This document shows positions 59,643 through 64,000 of a stretch of DNA of 64,000 nucleotides, piece after piece. Origin of the DNA: an uncultured Desulfobacter sp. (lineage in GTDB: Bacteria > Desulfobacterota > Desulfobacteria > Desulfobacterales > Desulfobacteraceae). The notes beneath the pieces are model-generated. The model ran no database searches. It was not told where the DNA came from and saw only the letters and a program-made list of their open reading frames with translations. Within the stretch, counting starts at the first letter, position 1. The number at the start of each line of letters is the position of its first letter. The translations under genes and the position numbers were made by a program. The stretch covers positions 4,416,001-4,480,000 of the forward strand of contig OY762069.1 of the NCBI GenBank assembly GCA_963665095.1, written 5' to 3'.

Positions 59643-60065
59643 ATGCGCACTATGGATTTAAATCATCTTTCAAAAATTATTGTGGAGTTTTTCGAAAAGT
59701 TATCTTCCTGGGAGGATGCCGTTGTCCGGGACACCGGATTAACCACTGCCCAGGCCCACACCATTGAAATCGTCGGGCACTCCGGCCCCATTAAAATGAA
59801 GGATCTTGCCCACAAGATAGGCGTCACAACCGGCACCCTGACCGTGGCGGTGGACAAACTTGAGAATAAAGATCTGCTGGAGCGCAAACCCTGCGAAACA
59901 GACCGCAGGGCCTACCTCATTGAACTGACAGAAGCCGGAAGAGCCTACTTTAAACAGCACCACAATTTTCACATCAAAATGACCCAGGAAATCGTGGCAG
60001 AGTTAACAGATGAAGAGCAGCAGATTTTTGGCACCATTCTGGAAAAGATGTTGAAAAAAATGTAG
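59643..60065 (+). CDS. MarR family transcriptional regulator
   Basis: MKDLAHKIGVTTGTLTVAVDKLE, DRRAYLIELTEAG. Confidence 0.9.
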   Translation: MRTMDLNHLSKIIVEFFEKLSSWEDAVVRDTGLTTAQAHTIEIVGHSGPIKMKDLAHKIGVTTGTLTVAVDKLENKDLLERKPCETDRRAYLIELTEAGRAYFKQHHNFHIKMTQEIVAELTDEEQQIFGTILEKMLKKM

Positions 60066-60089
60066 GCCCGTAACAAAACAGGGATCACC

Positions 60090-60860
60090 ATGAAAATCAT
60101 CGACCTGACAAAACCCATCACGCAGAATAAAAATGACCCGTTTTATATGAGAGTCAAAATCCGCCACAAGAGCCATTTTCTTGGGAAACTGCTCCTGCCG
60201 TTTATGGGCATGAATATCTTCAAACTTCCCAGGGGCTTTCGTGGCTGGGCAGATGATGCCATCTCCTTAGGGGTACATTCGGTCACACATATTGACGCGC
60301 CCTGGCATTACGCACCGGAAACGCTTTCCGGAGAAAAGTGCAAAAGTATTGAGGCGCTTCCCTTAGAGTGGTTCTACGGAGACGGTATCGTCATTGATAT
60401 GTCCCATAAAAAAGATATGGAACCTATTACGAAGAGTGATCTTGAAACCTATGTGGAGGACCACCAGTTACAGATCAAAGAGGGTACCATTGTCCTGATC
60501 AGAACCGGCAGGGACAAATATATCGGGACAAGGGAGTATCCCCAAATGGGAACAGGGGTCAGTGCAGAGGCCACCAGGTGGCTGGTTGACCAGGGCGTGC
60601 ATGTTACAGGCATTGACCAGTGGGGGTGGGACAGGCCCTTATTCAAATCGGGCCGCCTTTCCCGAAAAACAAAAAATCCGGATCTTTTCTGGGAAGGACA
60701 CCGGGTGGGAATTGAAACGCCATATTGCCATATCGAACAGATTGTGGGCCTGGATCAACTGCCAAAAGACGGGTTTAAGGTGATGGCCATGCCGTTGCCG
60801 TTAAAAGGCTGCTCAGCATCACCCATCCGGTTAATTGCCATGGTGGAGGATGAATCGTGA
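60090..60860 (+). CDS. Cyclase family metal-dependent hydrolase (KynB-like)
   Basis: IIDLT, HSVTHIDAPWHY, VLIRTG, GIDQWGWD, HIEQ, SPIRLIA. Confidence 0.85.
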   Translation: MKIIDLTKPITQNKNDPFYMRVKIRHKSHFLGKLLLPFMGMNIFKLPRGFRGWADDAISLGVHSVTHIDAPWHYAPETLSGEKCKSIEALPLEWFYGDGIVIDMSHKKDMEPITKSDLETYVEDHQLQIKEGTIVLIRTGRDKYIGTREYPQMGTGVSAEATRWLVDQGVHVTGIDQWGWDRPLFKSGRLSRKTKNPDLFWEGHRVGIETPYCHIEQIVGLDQLPKDGFKVMAMPLPLKGCSASPIRLIAMVEDES

Positions 60861-61861
60861 AAATCAAAAAAATCATCATGGATGACCAGGGCACCCCATC
60901 ACTTGCGGTTCAGCGCGAAGAGGACTGGATTGTATTGAAACAGGCAGCCAAGGAGGCTGGGGATTTAAATCTGGCAGCAGTCAGCAATGACCTGATCTCT
61001 TTTTTGCAGTACCGGGACGCACACGGCATGGCGGTTGACACCGTCATTGCCAATGCCTCCAAAGACGCGGTTGCCACCACGGTCATGCCCGAGGTAATGA
61101 TTTTCCGGCCCATTCTGTATCGTGATTTCATGCTGTGTGAACGCCATGCGATCAACAGCGGCCGGGGAATGGTGAAAAAATGCCTGCCCGGGATTTTCCC
61201 GGTTATAAAAGCCTATGAATCCATTACCCGCTCAACCTTTCCCGCATTGAAACCTAAAAAAGCCTATTATAAAAACCCTGTCTATTATAAAGGAAACCAT
61301 CTCTCCTTTGTTGGCAGCGGCTCTGAGGTGATTTACCCGGACTACGCCACCCTGTGGGATTATGAACTGGAACTTGGCATGATCATCACAAAACAGATCC
61401 GTAATGCAGATGAAACGTCCGCCTTGCAGGCCATTGGTGCCTTTTGCGTTTTCAATGATTTCAGTGCCAGAAATGTTCAGATCCCGGAAATGCGCCAAAC
61501 AGGCTTTGGCCCCTGCAAGGCAAAGGATTTTGCCAGCGCTATATCCAATGTCGCAGTGACGGCCGACGAGGTGACGGCCGACCTGATCAAACTGGAAGCC
61601 AGGGTTATTATCAATGGGAACACGGTTGCCTCCGGCCGCCTGAACGAGTTTCTCTTCAGCCTGGGACAGGCTGTTTCCTACGCCTCAAAGGGGGAAACCA
61701 TCTATCCGGGCGAGTTCATGGGAAGCGGCACCATACCGGACTGCAGTGGCCTTGAGAACGGCAACCTGCTGGCAGACGGCGACACCATCCGGCTGGAAAT
61801 TGACCGCATTGGTTTTGTTGAAAACAGGGTTAAAACTGAATTAAAATCGGTACCCCAATGA
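60857..61861 (+). CDS. Fumarylacetoacetate hydrolase family protein
   Basis: RDFM, PVYYKGN, DYELELG, NDFSARNVQ, KAKDF, GSGT; GTGA overlap with the cyclase. Confidence 0.88.
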   Translation: MKIKKIIMDDQGTPSLAVQREEDWIVLKQAAKEAGDLNLAAVSNDLISFLQYRDAHGMAVDTVIANASKDAVATTVMPEVMIFRPILYRDFMLCERHAINSGRGMVKKCLPGIFPVIKAYESITRSTFPALKPKKAYYKNPVYYKGNHLSFVGSGSEVIYPDYATLWDYELELGMIITKQIRNADETSALQAIGAFCVFNDFSARNVQIPEMRQTGFGPCKAKDFASAISNVAVTADEVTADLIKLEARVIINGNTVASGRLNEFLFSLGQAVSYASKGETIYPGEFMGSGTIPDCSGLENGNLLADGDTIRLEIDRIGFVENRVKTELKSVPQ

Positions 61862-61953
61862 AACAGGGCTTTTTGTCCGCGTTAAACTTTTCTCTATGAC
61901 CAACTTGAAATACTTCCGGGCCTTTTTCCAAGCCTATCCAGAGTGGTTTGCCC

Positions 61954-61982
61954 CAACAGGTCACCCAGTGGGTGACCTGTTG
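61954..61982. repeat. Perfect palindrome/hairpin after the FAH gene
   Basis: CAACAGGTCACCCA-G-TGGGTGACCTGTTG. Confidence 0.6.
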
Positions 61983-62202
61983 TGAACCGGGCAACGGCTT
62001 TCACCCGGATTTAAGCTGGTCCCTCTACCGGACTGCAGCGGCCTGGAAAAAGGCTGCCTGCTGCCAGACGGAGAGAAACGCCCTTTGTTGTTAACAAGAA
62101 TGCTTTGGGTTTATTTTTCCCCAAATAAAAAGTTTGTAACCAAATCCCATCTATTTCGTTTATCAGATCAAAGGCCTTTTTAAAACTGGTAACACGCTGA
62201 TA

Positions 62203-62218
62203 TGGCATAGTATTTGAT
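62203..62218 (+). promoter_or_regulatory. Candidate sigma54 promoter
   Basis: TGGCATAGTATTTGAT fits -24/-12 spacing, with GA in place of GC. Confidence 0.35.
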
Positions 62219-62262
62219 CAAGTGTTCATCAAGCAGAATATTTAACTAAAGACGGGGGTATC

Positions 62263-62967
62263 ATGAAAAAATTAATCATTGTTATTTTAATTACCTTCTG
62301 TGCAACTTACGCTTTTGCAAACGGAAATGGAAAAGGAGGGTCTGAAAGATCAAACAACAGCCATGGCAATAACGGAAACATCTCTGCCTGTCTGGAATCA
62401 CTTCCATATTCTGAATTGGATGCGGATGAAATTGAATCAATACGGTATATGATCGAAGAAGAAAAATTAGCCAGAGATGTATACCTGAACCTCTATGAAC
62501 ATTGGGGAATACGGGTGTTCAGAAATATATCAAAATCGGAACAGAACCACATGGATGCGTTAGCATTTCTCATTGACAGGTATGGTTTGGAGGATCCAAC
62601 GCAAAACAATGATAGTGGTGTTTTTTCTGATTCTGGCCTGCAAAATCTTTATAACACGCTTGTTGAGCAGGGATCCGTCAGTATGATTGATGCGTTAAAG
62701 GTTGGCGCATCCATTGAAGATTTAGATATCTATGATCTGCAGCAGGAACTGCTTGTAACAGACAATGAAGATGTGAAAACAGTCTTTCAAAATTTACTGA
62801 AGGGATCGAGGAACCATTTAAGGTCATTCACCCTGCTTCTGGAAAGAAACGGGGAATCCTATGCTGCCCAGTATTTAACCCAGGAAGAGGTGGATCAGAT
62901 CATCGCTTCTGAAAAAGAAAGAGGGTTTGTTAATGCAGATGGAGAATATGTAGGAAATTGTAATTAG
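62263..62967 (+). CDS. DUF2202 ferritin-like exported protein
   Basis: Signal peptide; EEEKLARDVY, SEQNHMD, IEDLDIYDL, GSRNHLRSF. Confidence 0.85.
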   Translation: MKKLIIVILITFCATYAFANGNGKGGSERSNNSHGNNGNISACLESLPYSELDADEIESIRYMIEEEKLARDVYLNLYEHWGIRVFRNISKSEQNHMDALAFLIDRYGLEDPTQNNDSGVFSDSGLQNLYNTLVEQGSVSMIDALKVGASIEDLDIYDLQQELLVTDNEDVKTVFQNLLKGSRNHLRSFTLLLERNGESYAAQYLTQEEVDQIIASEKERGFVNADGEYVGNCN

Positions 62968-63050
62968 TGTTTGAACGGGGGGTTCGTTCAGGCACCAATT
63001 TATTGAGTACGAAATGCTTACGCCGGTCTCTTTGGGAAACCCTCATCCGG

Positions 63051-64000
63051 TCAGGATGACGGTGGCCGGATGCCCTGGAGGGCATACACCTGGACGGGCG
63101 CATCTTTACCCTGGACCCGGGTTTCAGGCATGGCCCTGAAATCATACCGCTCTTTCAGCGCATCATACATGGAGTGACTGACCAGGATATCTGTTTTAAA
63201 TATCTTGGTCAGGTCCTGAATCCTTGAAGCCATGTTCACGGTATCCCCTATAAGAGAGTAGGCTGAGCGCTCTGCATTGCCCACTCTGGCAGCAAACACA
63301 GGGCCGGTATTGATGCCGATACCGTGGGTAATGGTTGGCAGGCCTTTTTCCTGAAACGTATCATTAAGCCGTAAAATGCGTTTACGTAAGTTAAGGGCGG
63401 CATTCACTGCATCCGCTTCATGGCCTTTCCTTGCCACGGGTGCCCCGAACACCGCCTCCGCCTCATCCCCTATGAACTGCAGAATCAGTCCCCCGTGGGT
63501 CTCTATTGCCTGGGAGACCTCATCAAAATAAGCGTTGAGCATATAGATCAAATCTTTGGCAGGGGTCACAGCCACCAGGGGGGTAAAATTCCTTAAATCC
63601 GCAAACAGAATGGAGGCCTCTTTTCTGTCCCCGTCCAGGGAGACCCGGCCGGAAAGAATCTCATCCCTGATCTGCGGGGCCACGTATTGGCCAAAGGTGT
63701 CTTTTATTTTTTCACGCTCCATCAGCCCCTGGTTCATGGCATTGAGGGTCTCTCCGGCAAACCCGATTTCATCATTGGTAAATACCCGGACCTTCCGGGA
63801 AAAGTCTCCTTTTTTGACACACTCCATGACCCGGATGATCTCTTTTACCGGGCGTCGCAGGTGGTGAATTACCAGCAGGGAGAGCCCAATGGAAAAGGCC
63901 ATAAAAATGGCACTTTCCACCATTATGGTATGCTCCAGGCCATGAAGAATATCTGCCACAGACACCTCACTGGTCATCTGCATATGGTGGTATCTCTGAA
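63051..64000 (-). CDS. HAMP + class III adenylate/guanylate cyclase (5' end outside the window)
   Basis: TNDEIG HAMP, ILFADLRNFT, FIGD, GIGINTG, YSLIGDTVNMASR; frame stays open to the window edge. Confidence 0.9.
   Translation of the reverse strand, partial: QRYHHMQMTSEVSVADILHGLEHTIMVESAIFMAFSIGLSLLVIHHLRRPVKEIIRVMECVKKGDFSRKVRVFTNDEIGFAGETLNAMNQGLMEREKIKDTFGQYVAPQIRDEILSGRVSLDGDRKEASILFADLRNFTPLVAVTPAKDLIYMLNAYFDEVSQAIETHGGLILQFIGDEAEAVFGAPVARKGHEADAVNAALNLRKRILRLNDTFQEKGLPTITHGIGINTGPVFAARVGNAERSAYSLIGDTVNMASRIQDLTKIFKTDILVSHSMYDALKERYDFRAMPETRVQGKDAPVQVYALQGIRPPSS

Noticed and set aside
1..64000. CRISPR arrays, tRNA/rRNA genes, prophage, intact IS
   Set aside because: By eye, no regularly spaced repeats, cloverleafs, or phage or transposase ORFs were found.

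Overview
Ordinary-looking chromosomal window from an anaerobic deltaproteobacterium. Gene content and protein styles suggest Desulfobacteraceae, which is an inference. Three parS-like palindromes suggest it lies near the origin. About 50 CDS were found: ispG-proS-relA; a cobamide salvage/remodelling operon (cobU, radical SAM, cobS, cobD, cbiB, cbiR); TetR-methylmalonyl-CoA mutase-meaB; a sigma54 activator; hisD; a Crp/Fnr (HcpR-like) regulator facing a Cys-rich HD protein across a perfect TTGAT-N4-ATCAA box; a TonB receptor/Nik-Opp ABC/methyltransferase operon; TAXI-TRAP and sodium:solute transporters with nearby NarL-type two-component systems; cobO; a DEAD-box helicase; MFS, MATE and P1B-ATPase transporters; and a partial class III cyclase. 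No rRNA, tRNA, CRISPR or intact transposase was seen. The most interesting signals are non-coding or recoding. (1) A cobalamin riboswitch appears to control only a ~100-nt hairpin RNA lying between two terminators. (2) A ~400-nt structured leader with a strong terminator precedes the TonB/ABC operon and matches no riboswitch I recognise. (3) An unannotated 24-aa leader peptide with terminator/antiterminator pairing sits before the MATE pump. (4) An in-frame TGA in a CxxU context, followed by a SECIS-like hairpin, splits a CsgG-domain lipoprotein. (5) A 139-bp MITE has 13-bp TIRs and a TAGA duplication. All structures were paired by eye and no database searches were run.
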